Numbered from the stretch's first letter, positions 32,757 through 45,256 are shown. The stretch: DNA of 64,000 nucleotides from Alphaproteobacteria bacterium (GCA_965243135.1 OZ251539.1:3008001-3072000), one strand, 5' to 3'. Made by a program: numbers and translations. Notes: generated by a model not told the origin, from the letters alone.

Positions 32757-34301
32757 ATGGCGAGACGCATGCTGCCGACCGGCATGACCTCCCTCCGGAA
32801 AATCCGGACGAGGGACTGCTACTACGTCGACAAGACGGAGCATGTGCGCCGTCTCGTCGAAGGGGGCGAGTACTATTTTCTGTCGCGTCCGCGCCGGTTC
32901 GGCAAGACCCTTCTGGTGGACACGCTGCAGGAGCTGTTCGAGGGAAGCGAGGAGCTGTTCCGGGGCCTCGCCGTGCATGGCGAGTGGGACTGGTCGGCGC
33001 GCCACCCGGTCGTGCGGATCAGCTTCGGCGGCGGCAATTTCGACTCCCCGGACTTCGTTCGGAAAGATGTGGAAGACCAGCTGGAGGAAACGGAGCGGCT
33101 GGCCGGCCTCGAACTGGACCCTGTCGAGGCGTCGATCCGTTTCCGGCGCCTGATAAGAACGCTGCACGAGCGCACCGGGCGGCGGGCGGTCGTGCTGGTG
33201 GACGAATACGACAAGCCGATCCTGGACGCGCTCGGCGACCGGGAACTGGCGCTGGCCAACCGGGACTTCCTGCGCGGCTTCTACGCGATGATCAAGGACT
33301 GCGACAGGCACCTCCGTTTCGTTTTCCTGACGGGGGTAAGCAAGTTCTCGCAGGCAGGCTTGTTCTCGGGCCTGAACAACCTGCGCGACATCACCCTCGA
33401 TCCGCGTTTCGGCACCATCTGCGGCTACACGGAGGCGGAACTGGACGCCGCCTTCGCTCCGGAACTCGAGGGCCTGGACCGGGAGGAAGTCCAGCGCTGG
33501 TACAACGGCTACAACTGGCGCGGGCCGGAGAAGGTCTACAACCCGTTCGACATCCTCCTTCTCTTCGAAACGCGCGAGTTCGAGGCGCACTGGTTCCGGA
33601 CCGGCACGCCGACCTTCCTCGCCGACCTTCTGGCGCGGCGCCGGTTCGCGCCGCCGGCCCTGGAGGACCTGGTCGCGGACGACGACCTGCTGTCGGCCAT
33701 CGATATCGACCGCATTCCCGTCGAGACGCTTTTGTTCCAGACCGGTTACCTGACCATCGTCGGCGAAGAGCAGGACGAGGGCGTTCGTCTCTACCGGCTG
33801 GACTACCCGAACCGGGAGGTGAAGCGCAGCCTGAACGCGCTCCTGCTGAAGGCGATGGCGCCGGACGTCGCGGTCGCGGCGGAGAGCCGGGAGTTGCGCC
33901 GCCTGATGCGGACGAACGACTTCGCGGGCCTTGAGCGGCGCTTCCGGGCGTTCCTGGCGAGCATCCCGAACGAGTGGTACGCGAACACGGGCATGGCGGG
34001 CTACGAGGCCCACTACGCGAGCGTGTTCTACTCGCACTTCGTGGCGGCGGGGATGGACGTCCGCGCCGAGGAGAGCACGGCGCGCGGACGCTCGGACCTG
34101 ACGGTCTTGACCGGCGGCGGCGTCTACCTGTTCGAGTTCAAGGTCGCGGACGGGAAGCCGCAAGGGCGGGCGCTGGCGCAGATTCGGGAGCGCGGCTACG
34201 CGGACAAGTACCGGCGTCCGGGCGTGCCGGTCCGGTTGATCGGCATCGAGTTCGGCCGGGAGGAGCGCAACATCGTCGGGTTCGAGTTCGAGACCGTCTG
34301 A
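32757..34301 (+). CDS. AAA-ATPase-like + PD-(D/E)XK nuclease protein (copy 3)
   Basis: Same motifs as copy 1; 514 aa, intact. Confidence 0.92.
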   Translation: MARRMLPTGMTSLRKIRTRDCYYVDKTEHVRRLVEGGEYYFLSRPRRFGKTLLVDTLQELFEGSEELFRGLAVHGEWDWSARHPVVRISFGGGNFDSPDFVRKDVEDQLEETERLAGLELDPVEASIRFRRLIRTLHERTGRRAVVLVDEYDKPILDALGDRELALANRDFLRGFYAMIKDCDRHLRFVFLTGVSKFSQAGLFSGLNNLRDITLDPRFGTICGYTEAELDAAFAPELEGLDREEVQRWYNGYNWRGPEKVYNPFDILLLFETREFEAHWFRTGTPTFLADLLARRRFAPPALEDLVADDDLLSAIDIDRIPVETLLFQTGYLTIVGEEQDEGVRLYRLDYPNREVKRSLNALLLKAMAPDVAVAAESRELRRLMRTNDFAGLERRFRAFLASIPNEWYANTGMAGYEAHYASVFYSHFVAAGMDVRAEESTARGRSDLTVLTGGGVYLFEFKVADGKPQGRALAQIRERGYADKYRRPGVPVRLIGIEFGREERNIVGFEFETV

Positions 34302-35211
34302 AACCGGACGTCGAACGGGCCGGACGTCCCGTCCGCGCGTTTCGGCAAGCGACGCCGCCTCCGCGAAAGGCTGCCGACGGGCAGTCGACATGAAAACGGC
34401 GCAGCGCAAAACGGCTCCTCCCTTCCGTCGACAAGAGCCTTGGAGAACCATCGCTCTACCCGAATCGGCCAGCGGCCAAGGCGTCGTCCGCCTGTTTCCG
34501 ACCATCCAGCGCAAGCGCCCAGTCGAAGAGCGCTTGCGCGGCCGTCGCTTCCGAACGTTCGGCCTTTTCTCCGGCGCAAGGCTTGCCGCGGACAGCGGCC
34601 CAGAAGCGCGGCGGGCGTCCGCGCGACGGCGACCCGGGCTATCGCCCCTCGCCGGGCCTCTCGTCGCTCTTCCGCGCGGTGCGTTCGCTCTCGAACTTGT
34701 AAAGCTTGCGCGCCGCGAGCGTCGCTCGTCGAGTCGCTTCCTCCACTTCGCCGCGGGCGGCCCGCTCGTTCGCCGAAGAGGCCGACTTCAGGCGTTTCAG
34801 CTCGTTGCGCGCCGCCGCGCTGCGTTAACGTCGCCCTTGCCTCCGCGCGAAGCGCGCGCCTCGTCCCGCCGGGGCGTTGCCGACGGCAAAGCCCCCCGTC
34901 CGTCGGTCGCAAGTGCGCAAGGGTCCAGTGTCCGGTCCCCGGACGAAATTTTCCTCGTCCCCCGAGTAGCGAACGCTTATTGGAAAACTGCGAATTTTCC
35001 GCGCCGGGAACGCCGTTTTCACAGCCGCAAGCCGCTCCGCAACCGCGCGGCCCGGCTCGTCCCAAGTTTGCCGAGCGGCACCGGGGCGGCAGTTCATCCT
35101 CGGCCGCCCGCCTGCGCGACCCTTGCGGGTCTGCCGACGGGCGGCCAGCAATCCGGGGGGCACCGAGCGGACGGCAGCCGACAAAAACGGGACGGCGCAA
35201 ACCCCTCCTCC

Positions 35212-35240
35212 TTGACGGTTCCGGCGCGGCGGCCTACCCT
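35212..35240 (+). promoter_or_regulatory. Sigma70-like promoter of AAA copy 4 (probably leaderless)
   Basis: TTGACG-17 nt-TACCCT-6 nt-ATG (35247). Confidence 0.6.
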
Positions 35241-35246
35241 CTTCGG

Positions 35247-36794
35247 ATGACGAGACGCATGCTTCCGACCGGCATGACCTCCCTCCGGGAGATCCGGGGG
35301 ATGGACTGCTACTACGTCGACAAGACGGACCATGTGCGCCGCCTCGTCGAGAGGGGCAAGTACTATTTCCTGTCGCGTCCGCGCCGGTTCGGCAAGACCC
35401 TCATGGTGGACACGCTGCAGGAGCTGTTCGAGGGAAGCGAGGAGTTGTTCCGGGGCCTCGCCGTCCACGACGGGTGGGACTGGTCGGCGCGCCATCCGGT
35501 CGTGCGGCTGGATTTCAGCAGAGGGGGCGATTTCCGCGCCCCGGACGGGGTTCGCGTCGCCGTGGAAAGGCAACTGGCAGCGGCGGAGAGGCGCGCCGGC
35601 CTCGAACCGTGCCTTGTCGAAGCGTCGGTTCGTTTCTGGGAATTGATCGAGGCCCTGCACGAGCGCACCGGGCAGCGGGCGGTCGTGCTGGTGGACGAAT
35701 ACGACAAGCCGATCCTGGACGCGCTCGACGACCGGGAACTGGCGCGGGCCAACCGCGACTTCCTGCGCAGCCTGTACGGGGTGATCAAGGCCTGCGACAG
35801 GCAGTTGCGTTTCGTTTTCCTGACGGGGGTAAGCAAGTTCTCGCAGGCGGGCCTGTTCTCGGGCCTGAACAACCTGCGCGACATCACCCTCGATCCGCGT
35901 TTCGGCGCCATCTGCGGCTACACGGACGCGGAACTGGACGCGGTCTTCGCCCCGGAACTCGAGGGCCTGGACCGGAAGGAAGTCCAGCGCTGGTACAACG
36001 GCTACAACTGGCGCGGCGCGGACAAGATCTACAACCCGTTCGACATCCTCCTTCTCTTCGAAACGCGCGAGTTCGGCAACCACTGGTTCCTGAGCGGCAC
36101 GCCGACCTTCCTCGCCGACCTTCTGGCGCGGCGCCGGTTCGCGCCGCCGGCCCTGGAGGACCTGGTCGCGGACGACGACCTGCTGTCGGCCATCGATATC
36201 GACCGCATACCCGTCGAGACGCTTTTGTTCCAGACCGGCTACCTGACCATCGTCGGCGAAGAGCAGGACGAGGGCGTTCGTCTCTTCCGGCTGGACTACC
36301 CGAACCGGGAGGTGAAGCGCAGCCTGAACGCGCTCCTGCTGAAGGCGATGGCGCCGGACGTCGCGGTCGCGGCGGAGAGCCGGGAGCTGCGCCGCCTGAT
36401 GCGGACGAACGACTTCGCGGGCCTCGAGCGGCTGTTCCGGGCGTTCCTGGCAAGCATCCCGAACGAGTGGTACGCGAACACGGGCATGGCCGGCTACGAG
36501 GCGCACTACGCGAGCGTGTTCTACTCGCACTTCGTGGCGGCGGGGATGGACGTCCGCGCCGAGGAGAGCACGGCGCGCGGACGCTCGGACCTCGCGGTCC
36601 TGCACGGCGGCGGCGTCTACCTGTTCGAGTTCAAGGTCGCGGACGGGAAGCCGCAAGGGCGGGCGCTGGCGCAGATTCGGGAGCGCGGCTACGCGGACAA
36701 GTACCGGCGTCCGGGCGTGCCGGTCCACCTGGTCGGCATCGAGTTCGGCCGGGAAGAGCGCAACATCGTGGACTTCAGGTTCGAGACTATCTGA
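35247..36794 (+). CDS. AAA-ATPase-like + PD-(D/E)XK nuclease protein (copy 4)
   Basis: Same motifs; 515 aa; tandem with copy 3 at a 2490-bp offset with shared flanks. Confidence 0.92.
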   Translation: MTRRMLPTGMTSLREIRGMDCYYVDKTDHVRRLVERGKYYFLSRPRRFGKTLMVDTLQELFEGSEELFRGLAVHDGWDWSARHPVVRLDFSRGGDFRAPDGVRVAVERQLAAAERRAGLEPCLVEASVRFWELIEALHERTGQRAVVLVDEYDKPILDALDDRELARANRDFLRSLYGVIKACDRQLRFVFLTGVSKFSQAGLFSGLNNLRDITLDPRFGAICGYTDAELDAVFAPELEGLDRKEVQRWYNGYNWRGADKIYNPFDILLLFETREFGNHWFLSGTPTFLADLLARRRFAPPALEDLVADDDLLSAIDIDRIPVETLLFQTGYLTIVGEEQDEGVRLFRLDYPNREVKRSLNALLLKAMAPDVAVAAESRELRRLMRTNDFAGLERLFRAFLASIPNEWYANTGMAGYEAHYASVFYSHFVAAGMDVRAEESTARGRSDLAVLHGGGVYLFEFKVADGKPQGRALAQIRERGYADKYRRPGVPVHLVGIEFGREERNIVDFRFETI

Positions 36795-37324
36795 AGCCGG
36801 GAGCCGAACGGGACGAACGTCCCGTCCGCGCGTTTCGGCAAACGAAGCCGCCTCCGCGAAAGGCTGCCGACGGGCAGTCGACATGAAAACGGCGCAGCGC
36901 AAACGGACAAGAGCCTTGGAGAACCATCGCTCGACCCAGCCAATTCGGCGGCCAAGGCGTCCTCCGCCTGTTTCCGATCATCCAGCGCAAGGGCCCTGTC
37001 GAAGAGCGCTTGCGCGGCCGTCGCTTCCGAACGTTCGGCCGTCCTTTCGTCAGGTTGACCGGCCCGGTTCGCCGCAAGCGCCGAGTTCGGAGCTTTCGCG
37101 AATTCCGAAGGAGTCATCGCAAGCAATTTTTCGCGGTTCCCGGACAACGCCGACGGTCAATTGCGCGAATCCCGCCGATTCGCCAAGCCTCGGTGATCAT
37201 TGGGCAGATTCTTCGTCGCGACGCTTCCCGTCATGCTCCCGAAACTCAGGAGCTTCCGCCCGCTCAGCCGGAACCGAACTTCCCCTGCAAGAACCTCATT
37301 CCGCCAACAGGACAACGCCGAAAT

Positions 37325-37497
37325 GCCAAACCCGCTTGTGCGTCAGAAGTGGGAATCAAACCCGCTTGACAACCACTTTCCGAAAAAAGTGAACGCCAAA
37401 CCCGCTTGTGCGTCAGAAGTGGGAATCAAACCCGCTTGACAACCACTTTCCGAAAAAAGTGAACGCCAAACCCGCTTGTGCGTCAGAAGTGGGAATC
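37325..37497. repeat. 70-bp tandem repeat x2.5 with an internal 12-bp sub-repeat
   Basis: Identical units start at 37325, 37395 and 37465; caaacccgcttg occurs five times at alternating 30/40-bp spacing. Confidence 0.92.
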
Positions 37498-37718
37498 CTC
37501 GCCTTCCACGATACTCAGAAGTTGCGGGAAGACAAGGATCGCCGCCCGCCGCCCGCCAGCCGGATTTATCGTGCGCAGGATACCGTCTTCGCAAAATGCG
37601 TCCAATAGCCGGCGCGCTGCACTCGCCGAAATCCCCGCCGCGGAAGCGAGGTCCGCCTTGCGGAAAATTGGCCGCCCGAATATCCAGTCCAGAACGCGAA
37701 TGGCGTACGGAGAACGGG

Positions 37719-38380
37719 TTAACTCCGTCGCCCTTCTCTTCGTGTCGTCGTAGAGGTCAAGAATGCTTCGGGTCTTCGCCAGATTGTCCTCGGCCCGTCA
37801 CCGCGTCCAGAAAAAACCGGCGCCAACCGGTCCAGTCGTCGTCCCGCGAAACCGCGAGCAGGCCCTCGTAATAGGCATCGCGGTTGGCTAGGCGCTGACG
37901 TAGAAGGCCGGCCTTTTGATGAAACCATGCTGCCAGAGGAAAAGGGGCACAAGCATGCGCCCCAGGCGGCCGTTGCCGTCATGAAACGGATGCAGGGCTT
38001 CGGCGTGCAGGATGGCCAGCTGCACCAGCCTGTCAGGCGCGTCCCGGATACTTTTCCCAGTCGCTCATGCCGTCGGCAAGATCGTCGGCGCCGACGGGTA
38101 CGAATCTCGCGTCTTCGACCGTGCATCCCGGAGGACCGATCCAGTTGGGAACGCGTCGGTAATCGCCGGGCGCCATTCCCTGTCCGCGCACTCCGGACAG
38201 CAACACGCGCTTCCCGCACGAGGCGTTGGGAAAGCGGCGGCCAGCAGTCGCTCCGCTTCCCGCATCGCCGTCCGGTAATTGAGGACCTCCTGAATGTCGT
38301 CATGGCGCGGCAACGTTCCCTGCCTCGAACCCCAGAACCTCTTCCGTTGTAGTCTGGGTCCCTACGGGAGGAAAGCACCG
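37719..38380 (-). pseudogene. Fic family protein, eroded
   Basis: DDIQEVLNYRTAM, PLSQRLVRE, and Fic motif LHPFHDGNGRLGR across several frames. Confidence 0.8.
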
Positions 38381-38610
38381 CTTCCCGGGTCGGGAGAAAG
38401 CAAAACTCCCGGGTCGGGTATGGCGGCGAGCATGCCGTCGTAACGCGCTATTGCCGCAGCCGCCGGACCGATCGACGGGATCAGCGCCGGCCAGTCCAGA
38501 CGCTCGTCCGGAGGGAAGCGTCCTGCATGAACTGCCGCCATGGTCCCTCGCCGCCGGCCTCGGGAGGCCCGTCCGTTCCGCTGGTGCGCCGAACAACTGC
38601 AAAGCGGAGG

Positions 38611-40194
<1,584 letters not shown>

Positions 40195-40202
<8 letters not shown>

Positions 40203-41940
40203 GGACCATGCCTTCTTCGGAAACGGTCCCTCCGACCTTGTCCTCGGGTCCGAGAATCATCTGGTTGTGGGCGGCGCCAGACGGAATCATCGGAAAGCAG
40301 TTTTCCGTCTTGTCGACCCGGATGTCGGCGAGCACCGGCCTGTCGGTCGAGATCATTTCGTCGATGACGCCGTCGACCTCGCCGGGCCTGACGGCGCGCA
40401 GCCCGACCCAGTGGCACGCCTCGGCGAGCTTCACCATGTCCGGCAGGGCGTCGGTGTAGCTTTCGGCGTAACGGCCGCCGTGCAGAAGCTCCTGCCACTG
40501 GCGCACCATGCCCATGTACTGGTTGTTGATCAGGAACACCTTGACCGGCGCCCGGTACTGCACGGCCGTCGACATCTCCTGCATGTTCATCAGGTAGGAC
40601 GCTTCGCCCGCAATGTCGATCACGAGCGCCTCCGGATGCGCGACCTGGACGCCGATGGCGGCCGGCAACCCGTAACCCATCGTGCCGAGGCCTCCCGACG
40701 TCATCCACCGGTTGGGCCGCTCGAACCGGTAGAACTGGGCCGCCCACATCTGGTGCTGCCCGACTTCGGTCGTGATGAAGCAGTCGCGGTCCCGGGTCAG
40801 TTCGTAGAGGCGCTCGATCGCGTATTGCGGCTTGATGACGGAATCCGACCGCTCGTAGGAAAGGCAGTCCTTCTTCCGCCAGGCGTCGATCCTGGCCCAC
40901 CATTTCGCGAGCGCCGCGCGGTCGGACCTGCGGCCGCCGGCCTTCCAGGCCTTCAGGATCTGGTCGAGGACGACGCCCACGTCTCCGACGACGGGCAGGT
41001 CCACGGCGACGTTCTTGTTGATGGACGAAGGATCGATGTCGATCTGGATCCGCTTCGAATTCGGAGAGAAATCCGAGAGCCGCCCGGTAATGCGGTCGTC
41101 GAACCGGGCGCCGACGGCGATGATCAGATCCGCCTCGTGCATGGCGAGGTTGGCCTCGTAGGTGCCGTGCATCCCGAGCATGCCGAGGAACTGGCGATCG
41201 GTTCCCGGATAGGCGCCGAGGCCCATGAGGGTGAGCGTGACCGGCATGCCGGTCGCCTTGACGAAGCGCGCGAGCAGGCGGGACGCCTTGGGGCCGGAAT
41301 TGATCACGCCGCCGCCGCAATAGAAGACCGGCCGCTTCGCGGCCGCGATCATCGCGACCGCCCGTTCCACCTCCTCCTTCCGCGCCCGGGTCCGGGGGCG
41401 GTAGGTCTTGTGTCCCGCGCGGACCGGCCGCTCGTAGTCCGTCTCCGCCATCAGAACGTCTTTGGGAAGGTCGATCACGACCGGACCCGGACGGCCGCTG
41501 CGGGCGACGTAGAACGCCTCGTGCACGATCCTGCCGAGTTCGTCGATGCTCTTCACGAGGTAATTGTGCTTGGTGCAGGGCCTCGTGATGCCCGTCGTGT
41601 CGGCCTCCTGAAAGGCGTCGTTGCCGATCAGGTGCGTGGGAACCTGTCCGGTCAGGCAGACCACCGGCACGCTGTCCATGAGCGCGTCGGTCAGGCCGGT
41701 GACGGCGTTGGTGGCGCCGGGACCCGAGGTCACCAGAACGACCCCGACCTTGCCGGTCGATCTCGCGTAGCCTTCCGCCATGTGCACGGCGCCGCCTTCC
41801 TGCCGGACGAGGACGTGCCTCAACTCGTTCTGCTGGAATATGACGTCGTAGAGCGGCAGGACGGCGCCCCCCGGATACCCGAACACGGTATCCACGCCTT
41901 CGTCGAGCAGCGCCCTGACAACGATTTCGGACCCGTTCAT
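40195..41940 (-). CDS. ilvB: Acetolactate synthase large subunit
   Basis: FGYPGGAVL, TSGPGATN, GMLGMHG, GQHQMWAAQ, GMVRQWQ. Confidence 0.96.
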
Positions 41941-42038
41941 CTTCTGGTTCCCCGAAAGGCCGGCGCGCGGACGCCCCCGCCGGACCGTCCGCCGCGGGTC
42001 GTTGCTGCGCCGCACAACAAGCTATCGGCCGGCCGCGC

Positions 42039-42947
42039 TCAGGTCAACAGGAATCTGGCGAGATCCGGGAACGCCCGGCCCGGGTCCGGACCGCGGGTCA
42101 GGAGATCGGCGGCGACCTGGTTGCGAAACCACGTGATCTGGCGCTTCGCGTAGCGCCGCGTGTCGCGCCGCGCCCGCTCGAACATCTCGTCGCGGGACGC
42201 GCTTCCTTCCAGGAACTTCCGGATCGGGTCCGCGCCGATCGCCTTCCAGAGCGGGCTGCCGGCGGCCGCGGGCATGTCCGCCAGCCGCCGGATCTCCTCG
42301 ATCGCGCCCGCTTCGACCATGCGCCGGAACCTGGCGTCGCAGGCGGCGAAAAGGCGCTCGCGATTCGGCATGACGACGATCGTGAAGAACCGGAATTCTC
42401 CGGTCGCGGCGTCGCCCGTCTGCCAGCGCGCCAGGCCGCGGCCGGTATGGTTCAGCACTTCGAGCGCCCGCGAGATCCGTTGCCGGTCTCCCGGCGCCAG
42501 GCGGCGCGCCGTTTCCGGATCCCGCAGTTCGAGTTCCCGGTGAAGCGCCGCCGGTCCCTCGGCGGCGAGGCGCTCCTCCAGCCGCCGGCGAACCGCCTCC
42601 GGGATTTCAGGGATTTCGTCCAGCCCCTCGACGAGCGCCCGCAGGTACAGTCCCGTGCCGCCGACCACCACCGGAACCCGGGCGCCGCGAATTTCCGGCA
42701 GCGCCAGGCGGCGCCAGCGCCCGGCGGTGCACCGCTCGTCCGCCTCCAGCAGGCCGTACAGCCTGTGGGGAGCGCGGCGCAGCGCGGCCGCGTCCGGGCG
42801 GGCGGTCAGAATCTCCAGATCGCGGTAGACCTGCATCGAATCGGCGTTGATCACGGCGCCGCCGAACTCTTCGGCGACGGCGAGCGCGAGAACGGATTTG
42901 CCGCTGGCCGTCGGCCCGCCGACGACCACGACCGGCTTCGCCGTCAA
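42039..42947 (-). CDS. miaA: tRNA dimethylallyltransferase
   Basis: GPTASGKS, INADSMQVY, VGGTGLY, RYAKRQITW; TTG start overlaps the degP stop. Confidence 0.95.
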   Translation of the reverse strand: MTAKPVVVVGGPTASGKSVLALAVAEEFGGAVINADSMQVYRDLEILTARPDAAALRRAPHRLYGLLEADERCTAGRWRRLALPEIRGARVPVVVGGTGLYLRALVEGLDEIPEIPEAVRRRLEERLAAEGPAALHRELELRDPETARRLAPGDRQRISRALEVLNHTGRGLARWQTGDAATGEFRFFTIVVMPNRERLFAACDARFRRMVEAGAIEEIRRLADMPAAAGSPLWKAIGADPIRKFLEGSASRDEMFERARRDTRRYAKRQITWFRNQVAADLLTRGPDPGRAFPDLARFLLT

Positions 42948-44305
42948 CCCTTCGCGAGGGCGACGAAGCGCTGCGCGCCCTCGATCTCGATCAGCATGAG
43001 AACGGCGCCGGCGTCTCCGGCCCGGCGGATCTCGCTCTCGACTTCGGACGGCGATTCCACGGCCCGCAGGTCGGAGCCGACCTTGCGGATGACCGTCCCG
43101 GGCCGGATTCCGTTTTCCGCGGCGGACCCGTCCTCCTCCACCTCGGTGACGACCACGCCGCGCGCGTCCTCCCCGATCCCGAAACGCTCGCGCAGGCTCG
43201 GCGTAATCGCCGACAGCGTCATCCCCAGCCCGCCGACGGCGACCGCCGGCTCCGGCGCGGGGGCCGCCGCGCGCTCGTCCTCGGGAAATTCGCCCAGAAC
43301 GACGGCGATCGGGACGCGTTCGCGGCGCCGCCACACCTCGATCTCGACGCGCTTGCCGATGCGGGTTTCGGAAACCATCCGCGGCAGCAGGCGCATCTCC
43401 CCGACCGGCTTGCCGTCGAACCGCAGGATGACGTCTCCCACCTCGACGCCCGCCTTCGCCGCGGGGCCGTCTTCGGGCAGGCCGGAGACCAGCGCGCCCG
43501 AGGCCTCGTCCAGGCCGAGGCTGCCGGCGAGCTCGTCGGTCACCGTCTGGATCTGGACTCCGAGCCAGCCGCGGCGCGTCCTGCCGAACTCGATCAGCTG
43601 GTCGATGACCGGGCGGGCGCGGTTCGACGGTATCGCGAACCCGATGCCGACGCTGCCCCCGGTGGGCGAGAAAATGACGTTGTTGATGCCCACCACCCGG
43701 CCCGCCAGATCGAACATGGGGCCGCCGGAATTGCCGCGGTTTATGGAAGCGTCGGTCTGGATGAAGTCGTCGTAAGGGCCGGAATTTATGTCGCGATGGC
43801 GGGCGCTGACGATGCCGGCCGTCACCGTTCCCCCCAGACCGAAGGGATTGCCGATGGCCAGCACCCATTCGCCGACCCGCAACTTCGCCGAGTCGCCGAA
43901 GACGGCGGCCGCGAGCGGTTTTTCGAAAGCGACCTTGAGCACGGCGAGATCGGTTCGCGCGTCGCGCCCCACCGCCTTCGCCGGCAGCTTGGTGTCGTCG
44001 TGCAGGGTGACCGTGATCTCGCCCGCCTCGGCGATCACGTGGTCGTTGGTCACGATGTAGCCCCGAGGGTCGACGATGAATCCGGAACCGGCCGACTCCT
44101 GAAAGCCGGGCGGCGGGCCGGGCGGCAGCCGGTTCCCGAAGAACCGTTCCCGCTCGCCGCCGTCCTCGCCGGACGCCTGGTTCACGGAGATATTGACGAC
44201 CGACGGCAGCAGGCGGCTCGCGAGATCCGCGAAGTCCGGCGGCGCGCCCGCGGCCGGCCAGGCCAGAATCGAAACCGCAGCGACGGCGAAGCTGCGAAAG
44301 CCCAC
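42944..44305 (-). CDS. degP: Do/DegP-family periplasmic serine protease with PDZ domains
   Basis: GSGFIV, TNDHVI, QTDASINRGNSGGP, two PDZ domains; signal peptide. Confidence 0.93.
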   Translation of the reverse strand: MGFRSFAVAAVSILAWPAAGAPPDFADLASRLLPSVVNISVNQASGEDGGERERFFGNRLPPGPPPGFQESAGSGFIVDPRGYIVTNDHVIAEAGEITVTLHDDTKLPAKAVGRDARTDLAVLKVAFEKPLAAAVFGDSAKLRVGEWVLAIGNPFGLGGTVTAGIVSARHRDINSGPYDDFIQTDASINRGNSGGPMFDLAGRVVGINNVIFSPTGGSVGIGFAIPSNRARPVIDQLIEFGRTRRGWLGVQIQTVTDELAGSLGLDEASGALVSGLPEDGPAAKAGVEVGDVILRFDGKPVGEMRLLPRMVSETRIGKRVEIEVWRRRERVPIAVVLGEFPEDERAAAPAPEPAVAVGGLGMTLSAITPSLRERFGIGEDARGVVVTEVEEDGSAAENGIRPGTVIRKVGSDLRAVESPSEVESEIRRAGDAGAVLMLIEIEGAQRFVALAKG

Positions 44306-44386
44306 GCTTCCTCCCTTCCTTCGGCGCCCCTTCCCCGGCGCGGGCGCCAATTTCCGCTTCCCGAGAGCCGCGCCGGGAGGCCGCCG

Positions 44387-45256
44387 CTAGTTCAGGCCGC
44401 CGGACAGGTCGCCGAAGAAGCGGAAAAATTCGCTGTCCGGCGAGAGCACCATCGTCGTGCCCTCTCCCAGCGCCTCGCCGTAGGCCTCGAGGGACCGGTA
44501 GAAGGCGAAGAAATCCTCGTCCCGCGAAAACGCGTCGATCAGGATCCGGGTCTTCTGCGCCTCTCCCTCGCCGCGCAGAATCTGCGCCTCGCGGCGCGCC
44601 TCGGCGAGAATGACCGTGCGCTCGCGATCCGCCTCCGCCTGGATGCGGGCCTTGATCTCGGCCCCTTCGGAACGCAGCTTGGCGGCCTGCGCGACGCGCG
44701 ACGAGCGCATCCGGCTGTAGACCGATTCGCTCGTGGTGTCGGGCAGGTCGGTGCGCCCGATCCGCACGTCGACCACCGAAATCCCGAACTCCTTCGCCTG
44801 GTCCTTGAGCTGTTCGGTGATGTTCGCCATCACGTCGTCGCGCTTGCTCGACAGCACGTCGCCGAGAAGGATGCGGCCGATCTCGGCGCGCACCGCCGAG
44901 TTGAGCCGGCGGCCGAAGATGTTGATGAAATTCTGCTCGGTGTCCGCGCGTTGCCGGAACTTGAGCGGCGACACGATGAGATAGCGGACGTAGGCGTCGA
45001 CGATGATCCGCTTCTGGTCGGACAGGATGATCTCCTGAGCGGGCGGGTCGAGGCTCAGCACGCGCTGATCGTAATACGTGACGCTGCGCCACGGCAGCTT
45101 GGCGTGCAAGCCCGGCTTGCGCTCCTCGTGCCGCGGCTGGCCGAATTCGAGGATGAGCGCCTGCTGCGTCTCGTGGATCGTGTAGACGCAGCTGAAGCCG
45201 ACCATGCCGGCGACGATGACGGCGATGCCGACGATGACGAGTCGGAGATTGGACAT
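44387..45256 (-). CDS. hflC: FtsH modulator HflC
   Basis: SPFH domain; follows hflK; FFAFYRSLEAY, VLSPDSEFF. Confidence 0.95.
   Translation of the reverse strand: MSNLRLVIVGIAVIVAGMVGFSCVYTIHETQQALILEFGQPRHEERKPGLHAKLPWRSVTYYDQRVLSLDPPAQEIILSDQKRIIVDAYVRYLIVSPLKFRQRADTEQNFINIFGRRLNSAVRAEIGRILLGDVLSSKRDDVMANITEQLKDQAKEFGISVVDVRIGRTDLPDTTSESVYSRMRSSRVAQAAKLRSEGAEIKARIQAEADRERTVILAEARREAQILRGEGEAQKTRILIDAFSRDEDFFAFYRSLEAYGEALGEGTTMVLSPDSEFFRFFGDLSGGLN

Noticed and set aside
37325-37497. 70-bp repeat as a CRISPR array
   Set aside because: Inserts are identical between units, the anchor is only 12 bp, and no cas genes are present.
42948-45092. 1017-aa ORF extending miaA
   Set aside because: Off-frame overlap with degP and hflC, typical of stop-poor high-GC DNA.
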